The notes under the pieces: generated by a model
What the model was told of the DNA's origin: nothing
The model's database searches: none
What the model saw: only the letters and a program-made list of their open reading frames with translations
In this document: piece after piece, positions 13,617 to 27,559 of the stretch
Numbering within the stretch: the first letter of the stretch is position 1
Layout of the letters: each line of letters begins with the position of its first letter
Origin: Kondoa subrosea
Taxonomy: Eukaryota
Direction: 5' to 3'
NCBI GenBank assembly: GCA_039545335.1
Contig: BCIN01000002.1
Span: forward strand, 2,634,678 to 2,698,677
DNA: 64,000 bases
Position numbers and translations under genes: made by a program

Positions 13617-14937
13617 ATGCCTTTTGTTAAGCTCGAATCCTGGTCTGCTGCTTTCGCTCTCGGGCAATGCATATCTGACGTCTGAAGCAGTGACCTGACC
13701 TTCTTTTATCGCACCGAGTGAGCAGAGAGGATAGCCTTAGCTTCAGTGTTGAAGAGATACCAGGTCTTGCCATCCTGATGGACGTCTGGAGCAAACAAAG
13801 CCTAATTTGCTGCTGTTACGTAAGCTGATACTTCCACCTGCTGCTGGACAATGCTGATAGAAACCCACGTCAGATCCTAGCTCTACCTCTTCCACATACT
13901 TTCAAGATTACCAGATGAAAGATCCAGTGTGTTCACTCTATATCAGCACACTGAGGCTGATCAAGAGTACAGCGCTTTTACAACAATTACAATCTCATTG
14001 CCATAGATTCTCGAGGACATGGTGAATCATATGGAGAAGCTATGCCAGATGCAAACACAGAGTTCGACACCCGGGGCCTGCTTGAAATACTGGACAAGCT
14101 ACAGATTGCTCGGTGTCATATCTATGGAGAAGGCTATTTAGGCTGCACAGTAGCCAAATACGCAGCATTCCTTAGACCGTATGTGCTATCCATCCCTGTA
14201 CCAAGTTCTGGCTGATGCGCATCGCAGGCAAATGGTACAATCACTCATCCTCTGTAGTCCGCTATATGGTCAACCTCTTCCAGAGCTCGAAGAAGGTCTC
14301 AAAGCTGTATTAGATATGATGCTTGTCAATAAAGACGGGCAGGGGGATGAGGTCAGTACTAGTTTACGTCCGCAACAGTGATCTCATCACCTTTGCTCAG
14401 AGCGGCACCTTCGGCGATGAAGTGTTCAGCACAATCGAGGCTGCATTCATCGGTCCTAATTGTCTGGACTCTCGACGCGAAAATTGGAAGAAGGAGTTTA
14501 CGCATAGATACGGAGCTGGCCAAGCTGGCGATTCTGTTCGAGAGGTGTTCAATCCGTCAGTACCATGCAGGTTCAGAGTTACTGGTCATAAATTGCGTGC
14601 ACAGGGTCATCAATCGAAGACCCATGTCTCTATGTATTCTCGAGCAGATTTCCTGTCCTGTTTTGATCCGTCAGTATCTGTATAATTCTTCCTGCAAAGT
14701 CGATTCTGATACGTTTGCACAGTTCGAGGCAGTGTTGATACTGCAGTACCGATCGGCGAGGTGTATGACTTGCAAAAGGTTCTAATCTCTGTTCCAGGTG
14801 GCGCGCGACTACAGGTTTTGGAAGGAGGAGCGCATTTCGCTTCAATGACCAGCATTTCAGTAGTGATGCGGGTCACTCTAAAGTTTCTACAAGATGTCCA
14901 AACTGTTCCCGACGCAATTGTAGGAGTAACTTTGTGA
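13617..14937 (+). CDS. Alpha/beta-hydrolase fold protein
   Basis: YNLIAIDSRGHGES, LDKLQIARCHIYGEGYLG, C-terminal EGGAHF; multiple GT-AG introns. Confidence 0.8.
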
Positions 14938-15016
14938 TTGTACAAAAATCTCGTGTATCATATCGGTAATTGATTATGTCCCCTCAACTGCCAATTGTAC
15001 GACCCAAAGAGTTCTT

Positions 15017-16069
15017 TCAAATATCACTTTCAGCGTCATCCCCTGAATTTCCATCACCTGCATAGATATCTGCCCAGGATTCCGCAACACGGATATCGTT
15101 CAGGATCTTATCTCCTTCTTCATCTGTCTCATCACTCCAACCTTCAAGCTTTCGGCGAGCTTTTCTTGAAATCTTATATGTGTCGTTGATAGTAGTCAAA
15201 GAGCCTGTCATGAGAGCAAAGAGCTTGCTCATATCATTCGGGTCTGTTTCTCCAGCTTCAACAGAACGACGGTAAGCATGTGCGGCTTCCATCATAGGCT
15301 CCATTTGCTTTGCTGTTTCTTTGCGATACTCGATCTCGGCTTGTAAAAGAGAGATCAGTAAGGGGCGATAGGGTAGGGAAACAGTAAGATTATCGAAGTC
15401 TTCAATCATGTACTCTTCAGTTGGCCTCAGCTGAAGATACTGATTAGAATGATTTCAGGTAGATACATTTGACCGCTCACGTTCACGTCATGTATCAGGC
15501 TACCCAGCTGAGTAATAGACCTAGCGTTCTCCAATTGTTCTGCTAAATGTTTTCTAGGCGCAATCAGTATCCGTGAAAACCGCTCGATCTCCTTCAGTTC
15601 TCTGATACGTAAGGCGTCCGCTGAGACAAACTTTCGAGTCGCCTATATACTGCTCGAATTAGGTCAGTGACGCTTCAAAGATTGGCATTAAACCTACACC
15701 TATTTGGCCTGGAAAGATAATCTGAGTACGCTTGATCCAAACGTTAGCTAGCAGCCATTCGACATGATCTCGCCATGCTTTGCAGACTGTTTATGTAAAA
15801 ACGCTTAGAGAGACAAGTGGAATGAAAGCTACAATGAAGTACCTAGTCTTTGCTCGGACCAGACATATTCCTAGTACTTGGACATGCTGATAATGCGCAA
15901 CTCCAGCTCCAAAGGCATATTTGCAATGTTTTGGCAATGCAGGCAAGTCTTTCAATGTTCGGGCGTAGAGGACCTCTTCACTTTCTTCCTGTTCGCTCTC
16001 TTCATCCTCGAAGTCTTCTTCGCTCGCCTCTCGCTCCGAAAGTTCTTCAAGTTCTTCAATTTCCTGCAT
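15017..16069 (-). CDS. Hypothetical protein, acidic N-terminus
   Basis: Coding-like ORFs 15791-16102 and 15017-15409 with intervening intron-like segments; no family recognised; start uncertain. Confidence 0.55.
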
Positions 16070-16397
16070 TCCTTTTTGCTCCTCGTCAGGCTTTGCTCTC
16101 ACTGGCCGCTTGCTTGCTATCTCTCAGAACTGGTCGTTGGGGCTGAGATGTCCAGCTAGACCCTTCAGCCTATAGTATCTTGTTAATTGCAAGACAAGCA
16201 AAGAGGTCTTCGGAATTTCCACTCTGTCGCGCTTGTTCTGTCTTTGAATTCCCTACTCTCTTATGCAACCCTTGTCAAGAACCTTCAGCATCATTCTGCC
16301 CTATTCACGCGCCAGCTTTGTTTACCCGTTGCTTAGTACTCGCTCAAATCGTCATTCCCTAAACTCTTTCCGTTCCTCCTCCTCAACCAGCACCAAT

Positions 16398-18427
<2,030 letters not shown>

Positions 18428-18567
18428 AGAATGCATAAATTGATATGGTCACATTCCCTATCTCTGGATGATAATCGCATGCTTGGAATATAATACAACC
18501 ACCGCTTTACAAATCTTCTTCAATCCCTTCCTCTATCCTCCAAAACTGAACGTCATTGATGTCTACC

Positions 18568-19562
18568 TCATCTCATAAGCTGCCGACTCCAAATTTCATC
18601 CTTGAACAATTCTTTCACAGCATCTTCTCCCCCAATTTCCTCATCCTTCCCAATCATAACCACTTCCTTCCTTCCTCTGCTTCTCGCAGAACCATAAGGA
18701 GAATCCGGAGGAGTGACCAAACTCGATTGAGAGCTATTGATCGACTGACCAAAACCAAAGAAGGAGGATGAAAGCAAAGAAGGATTTGACCGATTATAAT
18801 GATAATGAAGGAAGTTAGTAGTTTCAATTCGATTTGATTGAGAAGGTATTGTATAGAGTGATTTAGTGGCTCGATGATCTGATCGAGAGAGGAAAAGCTC
18901 TTTCTCAGCTTTTGGACTGATTGGTCGACTAAAACTTTCTTGAATTGAGGCTCGTTGATGAGAAGATATTGAAGAAGGTGAAGTTGATGTGCTGTGGGAT
19001 AAGGTTGAAGAAGGGGAAGAATCAGGTGTTGTTTGTGGTGAGATAGTGGGTATAAAAGAAGAGAAAGTTGACTTAGAAATGGATGCAGCCGGTAATAATC
19101 TCGGACGAAGGTATGTTGTAGGTGATGAGACAGCTGTAGAAATAACGGCCAGCATCGGGTCGTCCAAAAACGTGGAATCTGGTCTTGTTACGAGGTCATC
19201 GAACGAAGCACTGAAAGGAGATGATACAACTTCAGGTAAACGTAGTAGTACTTCTGTTTGGGTATCTTCATGCACAGGATATGAAGCGCCTGGATCTTCT
19301 CGTTTGAGGGAGAGAAGATTGGTGACAGAGAAAGAACGTAGGTTGTACAAAGTTGAAACAGGTCGTGGAGGAACTGGTAATGGCTCGTCCAGCGAGTCCA
19401 ATCGGATAATATCACCTTGCGTCTTGGTGCGCTTATGCCGTTTCATTGATTTGCGAGGTATGAGCTTGGACAGACGATTGCTCTTTGGGGCGTCGAAAGA
19501 CCAGTCCGACACTGGGATATACCATGAGCTTCAGCATGCAGAACGAGCGATGTAAGCTCACT
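18568..19562 (-). CDS. Ser-rich low-complexity hypothetical protein; ATG apparently split by an intron
   Basis: 314-codon ORF lacking a contiguous ATG at its start; A(19562)|GTGAGC..CCCAG|TG reconstitutes it. Confidence 0.65.
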
Positions 19563-19755
19563 GTTGTTATGACGATTTCCAGCTAGCTTGCGCACGAGCA
19601 AGAAGAGATGGCTAAGGTTGCAAGGTAGCGCACGACTCTAGCCACACCGAGGCCATTGACATAAGGGAGAAAGGGCACGAGTTGCAGTGAACCCGTTCCG
19701 AATCAAGCAGAAGACTGCCAAAAATGTTAGAACGCTTCTTCTAGCAGCAGCCACG

Positions 19756-20835
19756 ATGATAGGTCCCTCTCTGCCCGCTCACTTGCTTCAGCCATCTACA
19801 GCTGCAGAGGATAGTGATTCAGACGATGGTTATACACCTCAATTGCCTCCTGGTTATTCTCGTCCAACACAGTCAAACTCGAATGGCCCTACTACTCAAA
19901 TTGAGCCTGCTGTAGAACAACCAGAAGAATCAAGCAGTGATGATGATATTGGACCTGCGCCTCCACCATCTACCAATGCACAAAGTGAAGCAGATGGTGT
20001 GAAAGAGTTCTTGGAGCGTGAAGCTAGGTTAGAGAAAAGGAAAAGGGACGAAGAGGATGAGAGGAATGCCAAACCTAAACGGGCAGATTGGATGGTGGTT
20101 CCACGTTCGTATGATCACTCCTGGCCCTCAGTTTTGTGCTGATCCCTGATTGCTCGTCGAACAGCTAAAGATTCCGATTTGCTGTCTTGTACGGCGTGGT
20201 AATGCTCGTAAATAAGACTCTAATGATGTTTGTTATACAGCTATGGACCCAACGAAAATGAAATCAAGAGCTTTCTCTTCCGCTCAAGATGCCAACAAAG
20301 TCAAACAATCGGGTGGTATCTCAGCTCTATGGACTGAAACACCTGCGTGCGTCTCATATACTAGCGTCTTATCTCTCATGATATTGATCTGTTCCCGAGT
20401 GCACAGTGAACGAGCGCAAAGATTAGATGATGAAGCTTCTGGTAAACGAAAACGCCTGGAGAACAGCGCACCAGAGACGGAAGAACAGAAAGAAGAAGCT
20501 CGACGCAAGAGGAAACGGGATGCTAAACTTGCTGCTGCAGTCGAGAAATACAATGTGCGTTTTCGATTCCTTTCAGACTGTATAATCAGTTGGATGAACT
20601 TGCATACGTACAGAAATCGTCGCGAAGCGAGACTCTTGTCAATCTACATGAAAGCAAACAGAAAGCCACGCCCAAATCGGAAGATATGACTAAAGCACCA
20701 GTTATTTGGGATCGAGACACTATGATAGGTAGTAGTGCTCGAATGGACGATAGCAAGCGAAGGAAGTTCATCTCTGAAGCGGCATCAGAAACGACTGGTC
20801 TGAAATCTCGCTTTGGTAGCAGTGGTTTCGCTTGA
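19756..20835 (+). CDS. GPALPP-motif / DUF3752 family protein
   Basis: MIGPSLPAHL, DIGPAPPP, RADWMVVP, ALWTETP, IWDRDTM, SRFGSSGF end. Confidence 0.82.
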
Positions 20836-20879
20836 TTTGCTCCCGACACATTGTAACATTATTTATTGTGTAATATTAT

Positions 20880-22951
20880 TCATACATAGGACCCACTTAG
20901 ATCTTCTACCCTTATTTTGCGCTCAAAGAACTTGAAACATGCCCATCCCACAGCAGAAATGAAAAAGATCAGATCGAAAACTCTGGAAAAGATACTGAAA
21001 TCTGGTAGACTGCTCAGCAGCTCGTTCGATTGACCTGTTGTTGGTAGCGAGATGAGTGAAGTGACCAGGTAGATCGCCTAAGAGAGATATGAGCACGATT
21101 AGTCTGATTGTGAGAACTATGTCTTACCATGAGTTGAGCAAGAAAGAGAAGCATGAATGATGCCGATATACCGGTACTAGCCGCTCGAAAAACCTGTCAG
21201 GATAAGAAAAGCTATGCATCAGCGCCATTATGATGCACAGCTTCTTCCACTGACTTTTGAGACGGAAGCGAGAACAGTCCGCATATTTACCACAATGATA
21301 CAACCAATCATCAACAATCCCAATGTGTGTGACCAAGTAGCAACATCTATTTCCAAGCCTAAACCACTGGCGATACTATTCAGAATGGGCGCAAAGCGAT
21401 CTGTTCTTGCTGCAGGTTCTGTCGCCGAAGTCTGCGATCTTAGCCAAGGTATCAGACTAAGTGCTGCCTATAACATTTGTTCAGTATCCAAAGAAATGAA
21501 TCGCTAAAGAAGGCGCACCAATCCAACCCGAAGCAGACAGTAAAAGGTGAAAAGCAGACCAACAGCTTGTATAGCTTTGCCTTGCATAGTCCCAGACATG
21601 TCCATAGCCCTTTTCCGTGTTCGCATATTCGATAGATCGCGTTTCATCTGTACTTCTAGTGATTGTAAGCCAGTGATTTCCATCTGAAGATTACTGATTT
21701 CTATTAGGGCAAAAACAATCAGAATAGAGAAGGCTACAGTGGTAAGAGATAGCTTACTGGCTTGCGTAGGATCCGAAGAGAACATTTTGCTGATAAAGTT
21801 GCCAGATGAAGCTTTCTATGAGCCACACAATATATAATGCTGTCTGCCGATAAACAGTTTGAGGTACCTACAGTATTGGCAGTCGTCAAATCTAATTCAG
21901 CTCTCCGACTCTGGAGGTCTTCGCAAGCTTTTCTATGTGATCGTTCTGCCGTCGACAGGGAGGAATCTGTGACAGGCCGACTGTCATAAAATGAGCCATA
22001 AACCGCGGAAGATCTACCAAGACTGACCCTTGATATCGCTCTCTCCATTCGTATGCTTCCCAAGCTGTATTCACTGCTCCAGCTCCGGACAAGCTAGCAA
22101 TCAATACGACGCCGGGAACGCATATCCGCTCGACAGCAGCATTTAAGAAGCCTAGTTTCACGTCTGAACATGCGCAATCATGGACAAGAGACCACTGACC
22201 TATTGAATGTGTGCCTTGCTGTACGCCTAGAGCTTGAGAAAGCAGAAGACCAACATAGTTGAAGAGGAAAATGTAGCTGAAGAAGAGGACAAGAGTAATA
22301 CCAACGATAGGCAGCGTCAATTTAGCACCCGATGCTACTCTTTCTGGTCAGTTGTAATGCAGGTCACAGGCGTCATTGAACATACATTTGTTTCGATGCG
22401 TGATGAGCAGACATTGGCCAGAAGGAATTATAAGCAGTATGAAGGCAACCAGGATGGTAAGAGATGTAGTCCAATTCAACCATCGTGCGCTGACCGAGTG
22501 TAAGTTTCTTCCTCAAAAGTACAAATATGTTGACGAACCGCTCGTTCAACGCACTACCGAAGAGTACCAAAGCGAAAAGCATAGAACATTCCGAGAAAGT
22601 GAGGCAGAAGATTAGAGAGGTGAGCTTGGGATATAGAGATTGCTGCTTGGAGTTTTGACTTGGCCGAGAGTTCGTTGATGAGCGATGCCGCCGAGGAGGG
22701 GTACTTGAACCATTGCTCGAGTGAAGAGGAAGAAGATTGACATCGCTTGAGCTGTTGCTACGCCAGCTAAAAGCCGAAGGTCTGCTTGAAGGAGCAGGTG
22801 AACCAGGTTCCGTCTGATCTTCTGTGATGACTTCGCGTAGGTCTGCAAAGAGAATTCTCTGAACGTATCCACGGCAGCTCAGGAAGAAACCAGCGCGAAG
22901 ACCAATTGACAGCAAGCCCTCTAGAAGTAGATTCACATTTGTGCCAGACAT
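20880..22951 (-). CDS. Golgi pH regulator / GPR89 (ABA-GPCR family) multipass membrane protein
   Basis: IFCLTFSECSMLFALV, ERICVPGVVLIASLSGAGAV, LQMEITGLQSLE coiled coil, FSRVFDLIFFISA C-terminus. Confidence 0.85.
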
Positions 22952-23336
22952 TGGCTTGCCGTCCTGTTCCACTGCAGATGTGCTTTCAGCTCCTCCTAAG
23001 ACTGTCAATATCCGTAGTCCAGAGTGCCGGGTAGCTGTTCAGCGCAGTAACATCATTGCTGCACAGAGACCAACGAAATTATGCAGCTTGTCGAAACACC
23101 ACGGTGACTCTGCTCTAGCTCGTTCCAGCATTTGTGCATGAGTCTTACACCTGTGTTTATCTATCACAAGCTTCCGCGATCGCGCGAATTTCCCTCTTCG
23201 TTTAGAAGATATATAGCGGTGCTTGACTGATGCAATGCTGAACAAAGGCAGTCCTGGCTAATTTGCTGTGGTTCTTTCCCTCTTCTACCACTCTTTTTCT
23301 TTTGAGTCCCATCTTCTCGTTCGTATTTGATCCTCA

Positions 23337-24197
23337 ATGTTGCAAACCATCTACTTTGTTCGACATGGCAATCGGGTATGTCCGTCACGGTCTCTATAGT
23401 GCACAATTTATTCTCCCTTAACAGTCGATGGATCTGAAGAAAGATTCAATGAGCGGGATTCCTGGAGACATTAGCCTCAATGAGGAAGGCTTGGTTCAAG
23501 CTAATAACATCGCTTCGGTTTTCAAGAAAGAGGAACTGAAAATTGATCGACTGTACTCTTCTTCCTACTACAGGTAGGCTTTTAGGCAAATATTTTGAAA
23601 ATTGCTGAAATCTGCTTTAGAGCTTTACAAACGGCCGTGCCCTTAGCCAATATGTTGGACATGGGAATCTGTGTGGAACCAGGATTCGGTGAAGTCATGA
23701 TGGCAGACAAAGGTGAGTGTTTTCTCGTACTTCAAAAGATCGGATTATCTCATTCGACTATAGGCACGCATCGTTATATCCCGTTCAACAGCAACTTGAA
23801 GAACGTCTTCCCTCGTATCTCTTCAGAATACTTCTCAAGCTACGCTCCCGTCAGCGACGACGAGGATTTGCGGAGTATCACCAAACGAATGCAGACTGTA
23901 CTTTTCCCTTTGGTGGAAGAATAGGACGAAACTGAAGGGATTGGCTCTATTGCGATCTTCAAGCACTGTGTCGCTGGGCATGCTATAGCCGCTGCGTTGA
24001 TCTCAGATCTGACACCAGTCTTGATCTGGTAAGACTCTCCCTTAAACTCGCAATTGATCGCATTAAAGATGTCATCTAGGTACATGGGAGGTCTCAGCAA
24101 GCTCGAACGACAAGCTGATGGTTCTGTGAAACTCGAATGGCAATCGCGCACTGATCACTTGTATAGTTCGCAAAGCCTGTTCACATCGTTTTATTAA
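23337..24197 (+). pseudogene. Histidine phosphatase (phosphoglycerate-mutase-like) gene with an in-frame TAG at 23922-23924; nonsense allele or recoded gene
   Basis: MLQTIYFVRHGNR, LNEEGLVQA, LYSSSYYRALQTA, VEPGFGE; frame continues past TAG as DETEGIGSIAIFKH..GGLSKLER..TDHL. Confidence 0.7.
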
Positions 24198-24676
24198 CTC
24201 ATGAATCTACTGCAGGTGGTCAAAAGAATGGCTTTGCTCTTGATTGGTCGCAGGATGGAGTGTTTACAGAGCATTACAGACGACAGAAGCTGCAGAACGT
24301 ATAGAATTGCAATGAAAGGTGGGGATTGATACACATATATGGTAGCCTGACTAGACTGGAAAGCGCTACAGACAGCGCGGTAGTGTAAAAGAGCAAGTTT
24401 GAAAGGGAACGTCTCTAAAAATTGGAAGGGGGCGACATGCACAGTACATGAGCGATTGTGATGCCCAAATCAATGTGCTGTAGAGTTCCTGTAGAAATAG
24501 ATGCAAGAAAGAGTGAGATGCCAGAAGAGTGAATACATGTTGCACGGCTGCGATCATCATCTCCTTGTGATCACAGATCACGATCTTCCAATCAAACAGT
24601 CAGCATCAGCATTTTATTTTATCTTTTTGTCAATGCAACACATTGCATGCTTTTCCTTTCCATTCTGCAGCTATAC

Positions 24677-26384
24677 CTAAGCCAAGTACTTCTTGAAGAA
24701 CTCAATGGTTTTGTGAGCAGCTACTTCCTTGTTCTTTTTCTCAAATGGCTATGGAGAGATTTCGGCTCAGAATAATGATATCTGCTTAGATTAAGGATAG
24801 TACCTCGTTCTGATCTCCCCGTACAGCAAAGCCGTGTACGGCGCGATCGACTGTCCAGTATAGATTGAATGCTAGCACAGACATAGAGACGACTTTGACT
24901 TACAAACATTGATTTCATGAGGCTGTTTCGCAAATACATGAGCGGAAGCACGATCCACGGCAGAGAGAGCGCTCACAGCGTCGACGCGCTTCAAGAAAGA
25001 ACCCTTGGTCTCGTCAATGTTCTTCAGAGACATCATGCTATCGCGAAAACTTAGCATCTTGCATACAGATTGCAGATCGACACATACGAGTCTTCGTTGC
25101 CGACCTGGAAGAAAGTTTTTCAGCTGCTTTTACTGCAACGGAAGCAAGCCAACCACTCACATTGATCTGGATTGGCTTCTCGATAGCTAAACCGATATTT
25201 AAGTGTTGGTTTCAATGCACACTGTCAGTTCTACTGACCATCAATTTCAGCAGCTGGGAGGTGATATCTATCAGCTTAACGAATGTTGTCTTGCAAGAAT
25301 CTGCTTACGGAAAGCAACGCTTGATGGATGGTTAGCAACAGCAGCATCGACGGGAGTCTCAGCGTTTCCGTGAGTGAGCAAGATAGCATATCGGCCTAGT
25401 TGATCTTCAGCTTCAGCTTCATTTGACGACGGTTGGAACAATGCTCACCTCCAAACTATAAATGAATAGCATTGCCGCTATCAGCTGCCAAGCTGAATAG
25501 AGGCATCCTGTCACCTACGCAGAATCCGACAGCTCCAATCTTGCCTACGTCCTTGTCTTCGCGCAAAGATCGGACGGATGCCTGAACTAAAGGCATAGTA
25601 ACAGCTTCCTGTAGTTCATGACATCTTTAGCATGCTATCTTGCTGAAGAACTCAAGAGCCTACGCGATGCTTAGCCAACCAAGGAGGCAGAGTAGTTCCA
25701 ACCTGAATCCAATATGAGGAAGATGCAGCAAGTATGAGGTGTGAAAGGACTTGCCTTTGCGATATCGCCAGCAGCAGCGACGATACCTCTAGCTTCAGAA
25801 GTAGAAAGTGGGGCAATAGCCTTTAGTATCTCATGAGGTACAGCATCGCCTTCTAAGATGTCGGGCCTTGTTCACATTATCGTCAGCTTCATTAGCTCGA
25901 TCCGATACATTCAAACATACATAACGACGTAGAAACCTTGGGCAGCATACTCATCAGCTAAGAGACGAGCGTTATTGAGCTTGTAGCCGAAGATATCGAC
26001 CAAGTAGAGAAGCGTCTTGGACTTGTTTGATTCGTCACCGCTGTGACCCAGCGCTTGAGCATTTCGGTCTATAATGCAAAGCATAGATAAGAGCGCACGT
26101 GATGTATGCGTCCAGATTGCCTAACTTCCCTTCTCTTCCCTTGGGAGTACCTTCGCTTTAATGGAAAGATCGTCAGGAATAGCTCGCACTTCCACAAATG
26201 ACCGAAAACGCACTGCAAGTGGCCTGATATTGTCTATCATGAGCCATAGCAGACCCCTTGGTAATCAAGCACTCACCGCTAGTGCAGCAGGACTTGATTC
26301 CTTCGAGATTCACAGTTGGCTGCAGATCGACGCGAGTTAGCGCTGTTTGACCTACTCGAGGCCGACACGTACTTGATGAGACAT
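24677..26384 (-). CDS. Dienelactone hydrolase family protein
   Basis: SCCTSG, EGTPKG, VDIFGYKLNNARLLADEYA, PDILEGD, KIGAVGFC|FG|GRY nucleophile elbow, ANHPS, VHGFAVRG, FFKKYL. Confidence 0.9.
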
Positions 26385-26495
26385 GTTGTGCTTTCAAGAT
26401 GTTGCTGTGAGTAGTGCAAGTGGTGGAGCAAGAAAGGCCGGAGCATCGAATGACATAAGCAAAATCGCCTGAGGGCTACAAAATGTATATACAAT

Positions 26496-27406
26496 CTATT
26501 GCTCAGCTTCCTTAGTCTCCTCTTTCTTCGGCTGCATAGTCAACTCTTGTATCCGTTTGACGAAAGCTTCTCCTTCTGATTGAGCCAAAGCATTCAGCTT
26601 GTCTTCTCCGCCTTGTCTCGCTTTGCCCATATTCTTCGCGACCTTTGACAACCTGCCTCCTGCACCAATCGTAGTCTCACTGCTTCCTCTATATCTCTGA
26701 CCTCCTTTGTTATAGGCCGGGCTCTCAATATTACCAACTTGTCTCTGTCGTCTGTTCTGTTCATCCTTCTGCCTTTGGCTATACAACATTATGTATCAGA
26801 TGCAGTCTTTCACACAAGGTCAGTAAAGGAGTCTTACACTTCGAAGTTCTCATTCAACCATTCCTTGCTTTTCGCTTCAGGATACCAAAACGGTCTATCC
26901 ATTTGAACAAAAGCAGTCTTGATCGTCTTCTTTCTCGCGAACCTCTTGAATCCTGCGTCTGCAGCTTGATGATGATACACTCTACCCATTTTGATGCTCG
27001 TTCTGATTCCAGTGACATTGAGTTTGTAGACTTGGGTTAAGAATTGAACGATATCCGGTTTTGTAAGTTGTGTAGGAACACGGAAAGTAGCAGTGAAGGG
27101 ATCATTAGCTTGAGCTCCAGTGTTGCGAACCATTGTAAGAGTGAAATTAGGGAGATAGACTTTTTGGGCTGCTTCTTCTATCGGTCGTCGAGGGATTCGA
27201 CCACCATAACCTGGATTAGGACCACGTACACGAAGCGGCCTTTTGGGAGGTAGAACTCGTTTGCCAGATAAGAGGGATTTGTGCAAAGCGATGTTTTCAG
27301 GTGTGGAAACTTCTGTAGCGAAGCAGCGGGAAGTAGAAGCTACAGGCTTGCTGCTGGTAGCTACGCGATTGCGTAGACCACTTGATAGGCGATTCATGCA
27401 AGCCAT
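26496..27406 (-). CDS. MRP20: Mitochondrial ribosomal protein uL23m
   Basis: Arg/Ser-rich presequence; KVYLPNFTLTMVRN, ATFRVPTQLTKPDI..LTQVYKLNV, KTAFVQMDRPFWYP. Confidence 0.85.
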
Positions 27407-27559
27407 TGATACTATTAGTGATGATTTGAGAGATAGAAGCACCACCAAATGAATTCGCAAACGAGCTCGATTCTCTCTTTTCAGCCGCGTGTATTGTTAC
27501 ATGCTACATGCTATGGACATATTTACATCTATTCTGTTCTGTTGAGGCCAATAAATAAG

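Noticed and set aside
18507..18575. Possible frameshifted tail (DEVDINDVQFWRIEEGIEEDL) after the 18568 stop
   Set aside because: Purine-rich low-complexity sequence gives such frames by chance; no homology support
18989..19555. Long antisense and shadow ORFs (also 1180-1662, 36902-37435, 50401-50886)
   Set aside because: By-products of real low-complexity coding regions; no motifs
23922..23924. Genome-wide TAG reassignment
   Set aside because: TAG ends several well-defined genes (ChaC, OYE, DLH, PUB1), and I saw no other internal TAG in conserved exons
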